Below, in pieces: positions 10,250 to 18,894 of a stretch of 64,000 nucleotides of DNA. Below the pieces are notes generated by a model. The model searched no databases. It was not told the DNA's origin and saw nothing but the letters and a program-made list of their open reading frames with translations. This DNA comes from Nitrospirota bacterium (lineage in GTDB: Bacteria > Nitrospirota > Thermodesulfovibrionia > Thermodesulfovibrionales > Dissulfurispiraceae): the NCBI GenBank assembly GCA_040758355.1, contig JBFLWF010000008.1, positions 1-64,000 on the forward strand. The letters are read 5' to 3'. Each line of letters starts with the position of its first letter. Within the stretch, counting starts at the first letter, position 1. Made by a program: the position numbers and the translations under genes.

Positions 10250-10844
10250 AGACCGCATTTGTTTCATAACGGACGGCAGTGATGAAGAAGCGGTCTTAAC
10301 AATTCTAAAATCAGGCATACGGTGGATTCAATACAGGGGAAAAGGCAAGACTAAAAAAGAGATGTTCAATAAGGCATCGAGGCTCAGGGAAATCACAAAA
10401 GATTTCAATGCGTGTTTTATCATAAATGATTATGCAGATATTGCCCTTGCTGTTGATGCAGACGGTGTGCATTTGGGACAGGAAGACCTCCCTCTAAAAG
10501 AGGCGAGAAAGATCTTGGGCAATAAGATTATCGGCATATCCACGCACAATCTCCAAGAGGCAATAGATGCAGAAAAGGGCGGGGCTGATTATATCGGCTT
10601 CGGCTCCATCTTCCCCACAACAACAAAGGATGATGCAGTTGTACAAGGTCTTGATGCCTTAAGAAAGGTGAAGGGTTCTGTTAATATCCCTGTGGTTGCC
10701 ATAGGTGGCATAAATACGGATAATGTGAGATCTGTCTTTGATGCAGGATGCGATGGAGTGGCTGTATCTGCAGGACTTTTAAGGGGAGACATGATGGAGA
10801 ATGTAAGGAAGTTTTTATGCGTTATAGAGGAGGTTGGAAAATGA
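10239..10844 (+). CDS. thiE: Thiamine-phosphate synthase
   Basis: [23 protein letters not shown] and AIGGI motifs. Confidence 0.93.
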   Translation: MNLKDRICFITDGSDEEAVLTILKSGIRWIQYRGKGKTKKEMFNKASRLREITKDFNACFIINDYADIALAVDADGVHLGQEDLPLKEARKILGNKIIGISTHNLQEAIDAEKGGADYIGFGSIFPTTTKDDAVVQGLDALRKVKGSVNIPVVAIGGINTDNVRSVFDAGCDGVAVSAGLLRGDMMENVRKFLCVIEEVGK

Positions 10845-11956
10845 GAAGGTCTTTGGTTTTCTTTGTGGCTATTCTTTTGACGGCATTATTTTTTTCCGGC
10901 TGTAAGAAGAAGGAGGATGTTATAAAGATAGGCATTGCAGGGCCCATGACAGGCGCTCAGGCCAAGATGGGTACGGACTTCAGAAACGGCGTCACCATTG
11001 CAGCAGATGAATGGAACAGCAAGGGAGGCGTCCTTGGAAAGAAGATTGAAATAGTAAACGGCGATGATCAGGCTGATCCAAAGCAGGCTGTTGCAGTGGC
11101 AAACAAGCTGGTTAATGAAGGAGTGGCGGGTATAATAGGCCATTTTAATTCGAGCTGCTCAATCCCTGCATCAGATGTCTATAACCGTGCCGGCATTCCC
11201 ATGATAACACCAGCTTCCACAAACCCCCAACTTACCGAGAGGGGATACAGGGGAGTATTCAGGGTTTGCGGAAGGGATGACCAGCAGGGCAAGGTGGCTG
11301 CCGAGTTTATAATAAATAAACTCAAGATTAAAAGGGTTGCCATAATCCATGACAAGACCACCTATGGTCAGGGTCTGGCGGACGAGTTCAAGAAGAATCT
11401 CGGCAGTGCTGCAGAGGTTGTTTATTATGGAGGCATAACGCAGGGCGACAAGGATTTCAAGACAGTTCTTACATCCATAAAAGAGAAGAAGCCAGAGATA
11501 ATTTATTTCGGCGGCATATATCCTGAGACAGGGCTACTTGTAAAGCAGTCCCGCGAAATCAGCTTGAATGTGCCGTTCATGAGCGGTGACGGAAGCATAG
11601 ACCCCAAATTTGTCGAGATCGCAGGGGAAAAGGCTGCTGAGGGGACTTATCTCACATTCAGCCCTGACCCAAAGAATATTCCTGCTGCAAAGGGTTTTAT
11701 GGAGAAGTATAATGCAAAATTCGGAGAGATCGGCCCATACTCTATTTATGCCTACGATGCTATAAATATATTGCTCGCCGCAATAAAAGAGGCAGGGGCA
11801 ACAGATGGGAAGGCCGTTATCGAGAAATTGCATTCAATGGAGTTTTCAGGCGCTCTCGGAAAGATAAGGTTCACAGAAAAGGGAGATGTGACAGGCTCGC
11901 CTTATGTTATCTGGATTACAAAGAACGGAAAATTCGAGGAATACTGGAAGCCGTGA
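10841..11956 (+). CDS. Branched-chain amino-acid ABC substrate-binding lipoprotein (LivK-like)
   Basis: Lipobox FSGC; GHFNSSCSIPAS and HDKTTYGQGLA motifs. Confidence 0.9.
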   Translation: MRRSLVFFVAILLTALFFSGCKKKEDVIKIGIAGPMTGAQAKMGTDFRNGVTIAADEWNSKGGVLGKKIEIVNGDDQADPKQAVAVANKLVNEGVAGIIGHFNSSCSIPASDVYNRAGIPMITPASTNPQLTERGYRGVFRVCGRDDQQGKVAAEFIINKLKIKRVAIIHDKTTYGQGLADEFKKNLGSAAEVVYYGGITQGDKDFKTVLTSIKEKKPEIIYFGGIYPETGLLVKQSREISLNVPFMSGDGSIDPKFVEIAGEKAAEGTYLTFSPDPKNIPAAKGFMEKYNAKFGEIGPYSIYAYDAINILLAAIKEAGATDGKAVIEKLHSMEFSGALGKIRFTEKGDVTGSPYVIWITKNGKFEEYWKP

Positions 11957-11960
11957 AAAT

Positions 11961-11990
11961 TTGACTTTGCATTCGAAGAAAAATTATAAT
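11961..11990 (+). promoter_or_regulatory. Sigma70-type promoter for rpmH
   Basis: TTGACT-N18-TATAAT upstream of the rpmH SD. Confidence 0.55.
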
Positions 11991-12022
11991 TTCCTTTCAA
12001 TAAATTTTTGGAGGTTTGAGAG

Positions 12023-12163
12023 ATGGGCACATACACAACGTATCATCCACATAAAGGCAGAAGGAAAAAGACCCACGGCTTCCTTACACGCATGAGCACA
12101 AACGGCGGAAGGAAGATCGTGAAAAACAGAAGGGCAAAGGGAAGGAAGCGTTTAGCAGGTTAA
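12023..12163 (+). CDS. rpmH: 50S ribosomal protein L34 (not in the ORF track)
   Basis: Manual translation [53 protein letters not shown]. Confidence 0.95.
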   Translation: MGTYTTYHPHKGRRKKTHGFLTRMSTNGGRKIVKNRRAKGRKRLAG

Positions 12164-12176
12164 GAGGATTTTTATT

Positions 12177-12386
12177 TTGAAAACCCTGATAACCGCCCTG
12201 ATAAAGCTTTACAGATACATGATTTCACCCCTGCTGCCTAATAGCTGCAGGTTTACGCCTTCATGCTCCGAGTATTCGCTTGAGGCTGTAAGCAAGCACG
12301 GTGCTTTAAAGGGCAGCTATCTTTCATTCAAAAGGATATTGAAATGCCATCCTTTCCATCCCGGCGGATACGACCCGGTGAAATGA
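12177..12386 (+). CDS. yidD: Membrane protein insertion efficiency factor
   Basis: [10 protein letters not shown] and [16 protein letters not shown] motifs. Confidence 0.95.
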   Translation: MKTLITALIKLYRYMISPLLPNSCRFTPSCSEYSLEAVSKHGALKGSYLSFKRILKCHPFHPGGYDPVK

Positions 12387-12417
12387 GTTTAAAAAGTTAG
12401 GAGTCAAGAGTTTAGAC

Positions 12418-13938
12418 ATGGATAAAAAAATGCTGCTGGCCATAATCCTCTCCATTGCAATACTGATAACCTATCAGTACTTCTTTGTAAAGCCAGTGCC
12501 GCAACCCGTGCCTCAGGAAAAGACCGCTCAAGAAACGGTTAAAGAAGAAACTAAAACAACTGAGGCGGCTCCAATGCCTAAGACAGAGGTTTTGGTAGCT
12601 GAAAAAGAGGTCAGGGTTGAAAGCGATCTCTATACCGCTGTTCTTACATCTAAGGGCGGCACTATAAAGGGCATCGAACTCAAGAAATATAAAGACAAAA
12701 GCGGCAGGCCCATTATTTTAAAGGGCGATGATGTATTGCCGCCATTAGCAATAGGCGCTGATGAGGGATTTCAGTTTTCGAAGGTCAATTTTTCTTTTCA
12801 GGGCAGGGATATAAAACTCGGTCCTGAATTAAAAACAGCAACGCTTGTTTTCGAATATTCCTCCGAAGGGTATTCCATCCGCAGGACATACACATTTAAA
12901 AATAACGACTACGGCATCGATTTAAGGGATGAAGTGGGCGGATTAAACTCCTACTGGGTAACCCTTGGCAAGGATTTCGGGATTCATGAGAAAGACGAAT
13001 CTGTTCATTTCGGACCTGTTGTTCTGAAGGATGCGGACAGGATGGAGTTTGTGGCCAAAAAGCTCACAGAGCCAAAGAATTTCAAAGAGGGTGTAAAGTG
13101 GATTGCACAGGAGGATAAATATTTCTTCTCATCCATTGTGCCTAAAGTGCAAATAGAGGACTCAAAGGTCTGGAGCAAAAATGGAGACGCATTGGCGGCT
13201 CTCAAGCTGCCTGCGGGTGTCAGCAATTATTTTATATATGCAGGACCAAAGGAGTACGACACACTCAAGAAATACGGTGTTGGTCTTGAGCATATAGTGG
13301 ATTTCGGCTTCTTCTCCATACTGGCAAGGCCTTTGTTCTGGCTGATGAAGGTTTTCTATGATATATTCCCAAATTACGGCGTTGCGATTATAATCCTCAC
13401 CATAATCGTCAGGATTCCCTTTATCCCTCTCATCAATAAGGGACAGAAGTCAATGAAAAAGCTTCAGGACATCCAGCCCAGGATGGCTGAGATAAAAGAG
13501 AAATATAAGAAAGACCCCCAAAAGATGCAGAAGGAGACCATGGAGCTATATAAGAAACACAAGGTGAATCCAATGGGCGGCTGTCTTCCGATGCTTTTAC
13601 AGATACCTGTGTTCTTTGCCCTTTATAAAGTGCTTTTGATCGCCATAGAACTCAGGGGTGCGCCTTTCATGTTGTGGATAAAAGACCTGTCTGTAAAAGA
13701 CCCGTATTATATATTGCCTATAATCATGGGTGCGACAATGGTAATACAGCAGAAGATGACGCCTTCAACAATGGACCCAACGCAGCAGAAGATCATGATG
13801 ATAATGCCTATTGTTTTTACCTTTATGTTCCTGACCTTCCCTTCAGGCCTTGTCCTGTACTGGCTTGTGAACAATGTCCTGAGCATTGCCCAGCAGTGGC
13901 ACATGAACAAGAAGCTTGCAAAACAGCCCGCCTCTTAA
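12418..13938 (+). CDS. yidC: Membrane protein insertase
   Basis: YAGPK, DFGFF, GGCLPMLLQIPVF and LYWLVNN motifs. Confidence 0.97.
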   Translation: MDKKMLLAIILSIAILITYQYFFVKPVPQPVPQEKTAQETVKEETKTTEAAPMPKTEVLVAEKEVRVESDLYTAVLTSKGGTIKGIELKKYKDKSGRPIILKGDDVLPPLAIGADEGFQFSKVNFSFQGRDIKLGPELKTATLVFEYSSEGYSIRRTYTFKNNDYGIDLRDEVGGLNSYWVTLGKDFGIHEKDESVHFGPVVLKDADRMEFVAKKLTEPKNFKEGVKWIAQEDKYFFSSIVPKVQIEDSKVWSKNGDALAALKLPAGVSNYFIYAGPKEYDTLKKYGVGLEHIVDFGFFSILARPLFWLMKVFYDIFPNYGVAIIILTIIVRIPFIPLINKGQKSMKKLQDIQPRMAEIKEKYKKDPQKMQKETMELYKKHKVNPMGGCLPMLLQIPVFFALYKVLLIAIELRGAPFMLWIKDLSVKDPYYILPIIMGATMVIQQKMTPSTMDPTQQKIMMIMPIVFTFMFLTFPSGLVLYWLVNNVLSIAQQWHMNKKLAKQPAS

Positions 13939-13953
13939 TCCGTATTATTCATA

Positions 13954-14092
13954 AATCCCATAGATAAGGATAAGTCTCTTCCGTTCAGGAGCTATATTTT
14001 GACAGTTCTAATGCTTCTTTCGCTCCAGTCGCAAAGAACTGTTATCAAAACATCGCTATTCACTCCAGAGACTTATCCTTATCTATGGGATT
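13954..14092. repeat. Long palindromic intergenic element (MITE/REP-like)
   Basis: Perfect 26-bp inverted repeat AATCCCATAGATAAGGATAAGTCTCT (13954-13979 / 14067-14092) plus inner pairing TTTTGACAGTTCT / AGAACTGTTATCAAAA. Confidence 0.85.
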
Positions 14093-14122
14093 ATTCCATT
14101 TGTTTCGATTTTTAGAAACTAC

Positions 14123-14151
14123 TTGACAATAGACTGACTGGTCAGTATAAT
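14123..14151 (+). promoter_or_regulatory. Consensus sigma70 promoter with an embedded TetR-type operator; leaderless tetR
   Basis: TTGACA-N17-TATAAT; ACTGAC-TG-GTCAGT palindrome in the spacer; ATG 6 nt after the -10. Confidence 0.8.
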
Positions 14152-14157
14152 TAGATT

Positions 14158-14706
14158 ATGCTGTGCAAGAGGGATTCCATACTGGGAGTTGCTACGGAGC
14201 TTTTCTCTAAAAGGCCATACCACATGGTGGTGATGGATGACATCGCCAGAAAGGCGAGGGTGGCAAAGGGAACGCTTTACTATCACTTCAGGTCAAAGGA
14301 AGACCTTTATGTTGCTCTCTTGCAGGACGGGCTTGACAATCTCCTTATGCGGCTTAAGGCAGAATCCAGTGCCGATGCCATTGGGAATTTAAAGCTGTTT
14401 ATTAACAGCCTATCTGCTTTTTTCAGCGAGAGAAAGGACTTTTTTGAAGTGCTGAGGAGAGAGGAAGGGAAGCTCCTCTCTAAGAAACTTAAGGATTGTT
14501 ATGAGAAAACTTGCTCTATAAGGGATCTCCTTCATTCAATACTGAATAAGGGAATTGCAGAAGGGCATTTTAGAAAAGACATGGATATACAGACTATCTC
14601 GGAGATAATTATCGGGATGATTAAGTCGGCAATAAGTGGCAATATCGAACCGCAAAGGCTATCGAAAACAATCGTTGATATGCTGATTCATGGCATTATG
14701 GCATAA
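14158..14706 (+). CDS. TetR/AcrR family regulator
   Basis: HTH motif DDIARKARVAKGTLYYHFRSKEDL. Confidence 0.93.
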   Translation: MLCKRDSILGVATELFSKRPYHMVVMDDIARKARVAKGTLYYHFRSKEDLYVALLQDGLDNLLMRLKAESSADAIGNLKLFINSLSAFFSERKDFFEVLRREEGKLLSKKLKDCYEKTCSIRDLLHSILNKGIAEGHFRKDMDIQTISEIIIGMIKSAISGNIEPQRLSKTIVDMLIHGIMA

Positions 14707-14720
14707 AAAAGTTAATCAGC

Positions 14721-14836
14721 CTGTGCGGGATGTTTTACCCTCCCTTCCCGCACAGACATATCCCCCTCCAGGGTAAATCCCCCTTTGCCCTGGAACATAA
14801 ATCAGCCCTCCCTTCCCCCAGGGAGGGCTACTTTTT
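14721..14836 (+). ncRNA. Candidate 3'-UTR sRNA: three hairpins with C-rich loops, the last also an intrinsic terminator
   Basis: Stems 14721-30/14746-55, 14767-77/14784-94 and 14804-13/14820-29; TCCCCC in two loops and one linker; T-tract after the last stem. Confidence 0.5.
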
Positions 14837-15491
14837 ATCTGCTTTTATCAACCCCAATTTTATCACAAAAAATGTTTATTTTACATTTGGAGCACAACGG
14901 CGATATTGGTTTGCAAATGCCCTGTCCAAAGGCAACGAGCATGCCGTTAAGCTCTTTCCAGTATTTTTTAGGCAATATTTTCTTCAAACCGAATTCTGTC
15001 TCTATTGGATTTTTTGTCTTTACAAGCCCCCATCTGTTCACTATTCTGTGGACATGGGTATCTACACAAATGCCGTCTTTATTGTAGCCGAGGGTTATTA
15101 CAAGATTGGCTGTTTTTCTGCCCACACCCTCAAGTTTCAGTAGTTTTTCTATGGTATCCGGAACCTTTGAAAGGTGCTTTTCGACAATTTCCCTGCTGAT
15201 CCTTTGAATCCTCCCTGCCTTGACCCTGTAAAAGCCGACCGGATATATTGCCTTTTCTATAGTTTTGACAGAAAGCCGTGACATTGATTCTGGATCAGAT
15301 GCGAGATCAAAGAGCCTTTCTGATGCCTTGCCTGTTGTCTTGTCCTGAGTTCTCAGGCTTAAGATGCATGAGATTAATATCTTGAAGGGATCCCTGTCAA
15401 AGGATGCAAAGTTTTCGAGCCACGGGACATTGAGGCTCTTTACCTGCCTTTTCAGAACAGGCCATGCCTTGAGAAAATCTTTTGCAGTCAT
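14835..15491 (-). CDS. nth: Endonuclease III
   Basis: HhH motif LEGVGRKTAN, VDTHVHR and C-x6-C-x2-C-x5-C Fe-S motif; start at MTAKDF. Confidence 0.95.
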   Translation of the reverse strand: MTAKDFLKAWPVLKRQVKSLNVPWLENFASFDRDPFKILISCILSLRTQDKTTGKASERLFDLASDPESMSRLSVKTIEKAIYPVGFYRVKAGRIQRISREIVEKHLSKVPDTIEKLLKLEGVGRKTANLVITLGYNKDGICVDTHVHRIVNRWGLVKTKNPIETEFGLKKILPKKYWKELNGMLVAFGQGICKPISPLCSKCKINIFCDKIGVDKSR

Positions 15492-15679
15492 TTCTCTAAG
15501 GTTATGGCCTCGACAGGGCAGTTTTCCTCGGCAGCCTCGCAGCAGCCCACGAACTCGCATGCCTCGGGGTCTATGACCTCTGACTTTCCTGTTTCCTCGT
15601 TTAAGTGGAAAACAGCCGGGCATATCTCCTCACACCTGCCGCAGCCAATACATTTTTCCTCATCAACTATGACATTCAT
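15488..15679 (-). CDS. Small single-cluster ferredoxin
   Basis: CIGCGRCEEICP...CPVEAI, 63 aa. Confidence 0.9.
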   Translation of the reverse strand: MNVIVDEEKCIGCGRCEEICPAVFHLNEETGKSEVIDPEACEFVGCCEAAEENCPVEAITLEK

Positions 15680-15682
15680 CTG

Positions 15683-16624
15683 CTATCCCAGTTCCTCAAT
15701 CACCATTGCCGAGAGCAAAGGGAACATTATCTCATGATGTCCCGTTAGCGCAAAACACTGCCCTTTCATCATCGTCGGTCTTTTTAACACATTCTCGCGC
15801 GGTCTGTAATGCTGGATAAAATCCATATTCACCGTGGTGAATTCTTCCACCTTATTCCCGAGGTTTCTTGCGATGGTCAGTGCCTTTAAAAAGACTTCCG
15901 GAAGCACAACAGCAGAGCCAAGATTTATATAGACACCGCCTTCAAGGTCAGCAACTATAGATGTAAAAAGCCTGAAGTCTCCGAGGCTCCCTTCTCCTAT
16001 GGAGGCTCCATCAGCCTCCGGGTGCATATGTATAATATCCGAGCCAACTGCTACATGCACGGTTGCAGGAATGTTTAGTGTGTATGCTGCCCTGAATATG
16101 CTTTTATCTTTAAATGCAAAGTTTGAAGAGTCGATAAACTCGCCTATGGAACGCCCTATCCCATGCCCTTTTTTTACGCCATTATTAATGGCATTGTTCA
16201 GCATCTGCCCTGTCTCCTTTGCCATGCCGAAGGTGCCTGTGCACAACTCTCTGGCTACATCCTCCGATGTCTGTCCTATATAAGAGATTTCAAAGTCATG
16301 GATGATGCATGCGCCGTTAGTTGCAATAGCCGTTATCACGCCCTTCTGCATCAGGTCGATAATTAAAGGAGAGAGCCCTACCTTAATGGAATGGGCGCCC
16401 ATTCCAAGTACTACAGGTCTTTTGTTTTTGTGCGCTTTTACAATGGCCTGTACAACTGCCTTTAATTCCTGTGAGGCGAGGAAGTCGGGGAGTCCTTTTA
16501 TAAATTCCCCGAATGAATTGCCCTTTTTGTGCGGCAGGGCTGATTTTTCTGCTGATACCTTGCTGCTCCTGTCCTTGATGGAATAGGTCTTAAGTCCGCT
16601 CAGGTCTATCTGCTTGTATTTCAT
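15683..16624 (-). CDS. Deoxyhypusine-synthase-like (DHS-fold) conserved protein
   Basis: GAHSIKVGL, NGACIIHD, GSAVVLPEVFLK and GHHE motifs. Confidence 0.6.
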   Translation of the reverse strand: MKYKQIDLSGLKTYSIKDRSSKVSAEKSALPHKKGNSFGEFIKGLPDFLASQELKAVVQAIVKAHKNKRPVVLGMGAHSIKVGLSPLIIDLMQKGVITAIATNGACIIHDFEISYIGQTSEDVARELCTGTFGMAKETGQMLNNAINNGVKKGHGIGRSIGEFIDSSNFAFKDKSIFRAAYTLNIPATVHVAVGSDIIHMHPEADGASIGEGSLGDFRLFTSIVADLEGGVYINLGSAVVLPEVFLKALTIARNLGNKVEEFTTVNMDFIQHYRPRENVLKRPTMMKGQCFALTGHHEIMFPLLSAMVIEELG

Positions 16625-16681
16625 ATCCAGCAATTTTAGCATAAATATTGATTTTCTGTTAAGATTTATGGTATTTTTATA

Positions 16682-16706
16682 AGCTTTCAGCTATTAGCTG
16701 AAAGCT
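16682..16706. repeat. Palindrome built from AGCTnnn heptamers upstream of rpsT
   Basis: AGCTTTCAGCTA-T-TAGCTGAAAGCT. Confidence 0.7.
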
Positions 16707-16731
16707 AAATGCTTTCTAATGGAGGATAAAA

Positions 16732-17019
16732 TTGGCAGGTAAGGCAGCACCTAAAAAGGATTTATCGACCCTCAAAAGGGTAAGACAGGCCGAGAAGCAC
16801 GGGCTCCGCAATCAGTCTGTAGAGACAAAGGTAAAGACATACATAACAAAGTTAGATGCAGCACTGCCCTCGAAAGACAAAGAGGGTATTAACAAAATAT
16901 TAAATGAGACCATCAAGGTAATAAGCAGCGCTGCATCAAAGGGAATCATCCACAAGAATACGGCATCAAGGAAAATTTCACGGATCACCAAAAAGGTAAA
17001 CGCAGCACTCGCCAGCTAA
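16732..17019 (+). CDS. rpsT: 30S ribosomal protein S20
   Basis: KRVRQ...RN...KGIIHKNTASRKISR. Confidence 0.95.
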   Translation: MAGKAAPKKDLSTLKRVRQAEKHGLRNQSVETKVKTYITKLDAALPSKDKEGINKILNETIKVISSAASKGIIHKNTASRKISRITKKVNAALAS

Positions 17020-17900
17020 TTGACCTTAAGCAGCTTTACAAATAAATCTTCCATGACATAGGAGCGGGATGTCTTGATAGAGGCATCCGCTTCATGGAGC
17101 AGCTTGAAAACCGTCCTGAAAAACCTTTCGCCTTTATGATGGGACTTGCTTTGGAGGTTTGCATACTGCCAGTTTAACGCACCGAGCAGCATCTGGGATT
17201 CCGTGTTTTTGCCCACATTCTCGAATATCCTGAATACCTCTGCCGCCTCTCTCTTCTTAAGGGCATTAATGAGGTCAAAGGCGCTGTATTCAGCACCAGC
17301 ATAGACCATCCCCTTAACATCATCGATATCGATTTTATCGGCATTCCACGACGAGAACTTCTCTATTTCAGAATAAAGCATTCCCATGTCTGTGCCGACA
17401 CAGACAATCAAATACTCGATTGCCCTGTCCGTAAACTCGATACCCTTTTTTTTTGCCGTGTCCCTTATCCACGAGGGGATGTCCTTTTCCTGCACATTAA
17501 GGCCGATTGCCTTTATATTTTTAACAACAGATGCATCAAAAAGCTTGGGAGATGCCCCTTCAAAAAGCATTATGAGAAGGGAGGTGTTTGCCGGGTTCGT
17601 GAGATACTCCTCGAGTTTTTTAATGTCTTTTTTTGTTAGCTTCTGTGTATTCTCAATAACGACAACCCTTCTTCCGGACAAAAAGGGCAGGGTATTGAGG
17701 ATATCTATGATTTGTTCCATAGGCTTGTTGTTATCAGATGATTTGGCATCAAACACATCAAAATTAAAGGCATCGGAGTGGTGTTTGTCTTTTATGGATG
17801 ACAATGCTTCATAGAGCAGAAAGTCGTCAGAGGAGTAAAACAGATATGCAGGGGATGGAAACTCCTTTGAAAGCTCCTGCTGGAATTGCTTGATGCTCAT
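17016..17900 (-). CDS. holA: DNA polymerase III delta subunit
   Basis: leuS-lptE-holA synteny; TLPFLSGRRVV and EIEKF motifs. Confidence 0.88.
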   Translation of the reverse strand: MSIKQFQQELSKEFPSPAYLFYSSDDFLLYEALSSIKDKHHSDAFNFDVFDAKSSDNNKPMEQIIDILNTLPFLSGRRVVVIENTQKLTKKDIKKLEEYLTNPANTSLLIMLFEGASPKLFDASVVKNIKAIGLNVQEKDIPSWIRDTAKKKGIEFTDRAIEYLIVCVGTDMGMLYSEIEKFSSWNADKIDIDDVKGMVYAGAEYSAFDLINALKKREAAEVFRIFENVGKNTESQMLLGALNWQYANLQSKSHHKGERFFRTVFKLLHEADASIKTSRSYVMEDLFVKLLKVN

Positions 17901-18826
17901 TGGTTTTCCTTTTCGGCTGTTTTGTGCAGCTTTGCTATTTCGTCGGGATAGGCTTCCTCCATCAGCAGCCTGTTTAATCTCATACGCTCAAGACCGCCGG
18001 GATTCTGTTTGATCAGGTTCTTTGTTTCCTCTGTTAAAGCAATGTGTGCAAACCGTTTTTCATCAAAGATAGAAATGCCCTGCATGACAGTATTGAGCTC
18101 GTCAACAAGGACGGGCTTAATTTTGTCCTGCGAGACCTTTGACTCGGCATATTCATGTAACATCTGGCGCGTGCTCGGAGATAGCTGCCCCCGTAAATAC
18201 AGGGATACAGGGTCTTCCGGCTCATATAGCTTAACTATCAGGCTCTCTAAATCTTTAATGTCAGAAGCAGTCAATAATAAGTAAGCGAAATTTTTAGGGG
18301 TGTTATAGCTTATAACCCGCACTACTTCCTGGGACAGGTTCTTTAATGCACTGACTGTTGAAAGCTCTTTTTGGGCAAGGACATTCTCGAGCCGTTCTGT
18401 AGAGCTGAAGTAGGTGATGAAGGGACTATCAGCCACGAGAGGGACAGATCTTCCGCTTGCTGTATCGATAAGTCTGAAGTTTGCCTTTATTACGACTTTA
18501 TACTGTGCTGCCACAAGGTTCTGTTCAACCAGGGGCTCTAATTCAAATTTTGTTATCTCTCCTTCAAGCCTGTACCTTGCAGAAGAGTTCACCCTGAAAC
18601 CGTATTCTGCAAATGTTTCTGAGAGGGACCTGCTGAACCTGTCCTGCAGCTTCGGTTCAAAGGTCTTATTTTCTAATTTTCCTACGGCTATAGTATCAAA
18701 AGGAAGATTGGCCTTTGTCTGGATGGTATAGCCGCAGCCAAAAAACAGTAAGCAGTAAACAGTAAGCAGTAAACAGGAGAAAAATTTTTTGGATACTTGA
18801 TGGATGATGTATTTATTGTCTCTCAT
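17897..18826 (-). CDS. lptE: LptE-like lipoprotein with an extra C-terminal domain
   Basis: Lipobox FGC-GY, ENKTFEP motif, leuS-lptE-holA synteny; start uncertain (18826/18832/18844). Confidence 0.7.
   Translation of the reverse strand: MRDNKYIIHQVSKKFFSCLLLTVYCLLFFGCGYTIQTKANLPFDTIAVGKLENKTFEPKLQDRFSRSLSETFAEYGFRVNSSARYRLEGEITKFELEPLVEQNLVAAQYKVVIKANFRLIDTASGRSVPLVADSPFITYFSSTERLENVLAQKELSTVSALKNLSQEVVRVISYNTPKNFAYLLLTASDIKDLESLIVKLYEPEDPVSLYLRGQLSPSTRQMLHEYAESKVSQDKIKPVLVDELNTVMQGISIFDEKRFAHIALTEETKNLIKQNPGGLERMRLNRLLMEEAYPDEIAKLHKTAEKENQ
18746..18776. repeat. Heptamer array CAGTAAR x4 in the lptE signal peptide
   Basis: CAGTAAG CAGTAAA CAGTAAG CAGTAAA CAG; encodes CLLLTVYCLL on the minus strand. 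Confidence 0.85.
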
Positions 18827-18888
18827 ATACATTTGAACCAACACTTTTTAAAGTTTTTGAGCAGTGCCTGACATATAAAATTGCTCAA
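18789..18888. mobile_element. MITE family A, half copy overlapping the lptE 5' end
   Basis: Reverse complement aligns without gaps to 6508-6607 (80/100 by manual count); 18856-18888 matches 47875-47907 at 32/33. Confidence 0.75.
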
Positions 18889-18894
18889 CCCCAT

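Noticed and set aside
15492..15623. N-terminal extensions in the ORF track (nth from 15623, mnmA from 25728, PPIase from 25571, dCMP deaminase from 35403, livK from 10748, thiE from 10185)
   Set aside because: They overlap neighbouring genes or repeats; downstream starts fit the family N-termini and SD or -10 signals better.
15683..16624. DHS-like protein as the modifier of the unusual EF-P
   Set aside because: The EF-P tip residue aligns to Gln rather than Lys, and the genes are 7 kb apart on opposite strands.
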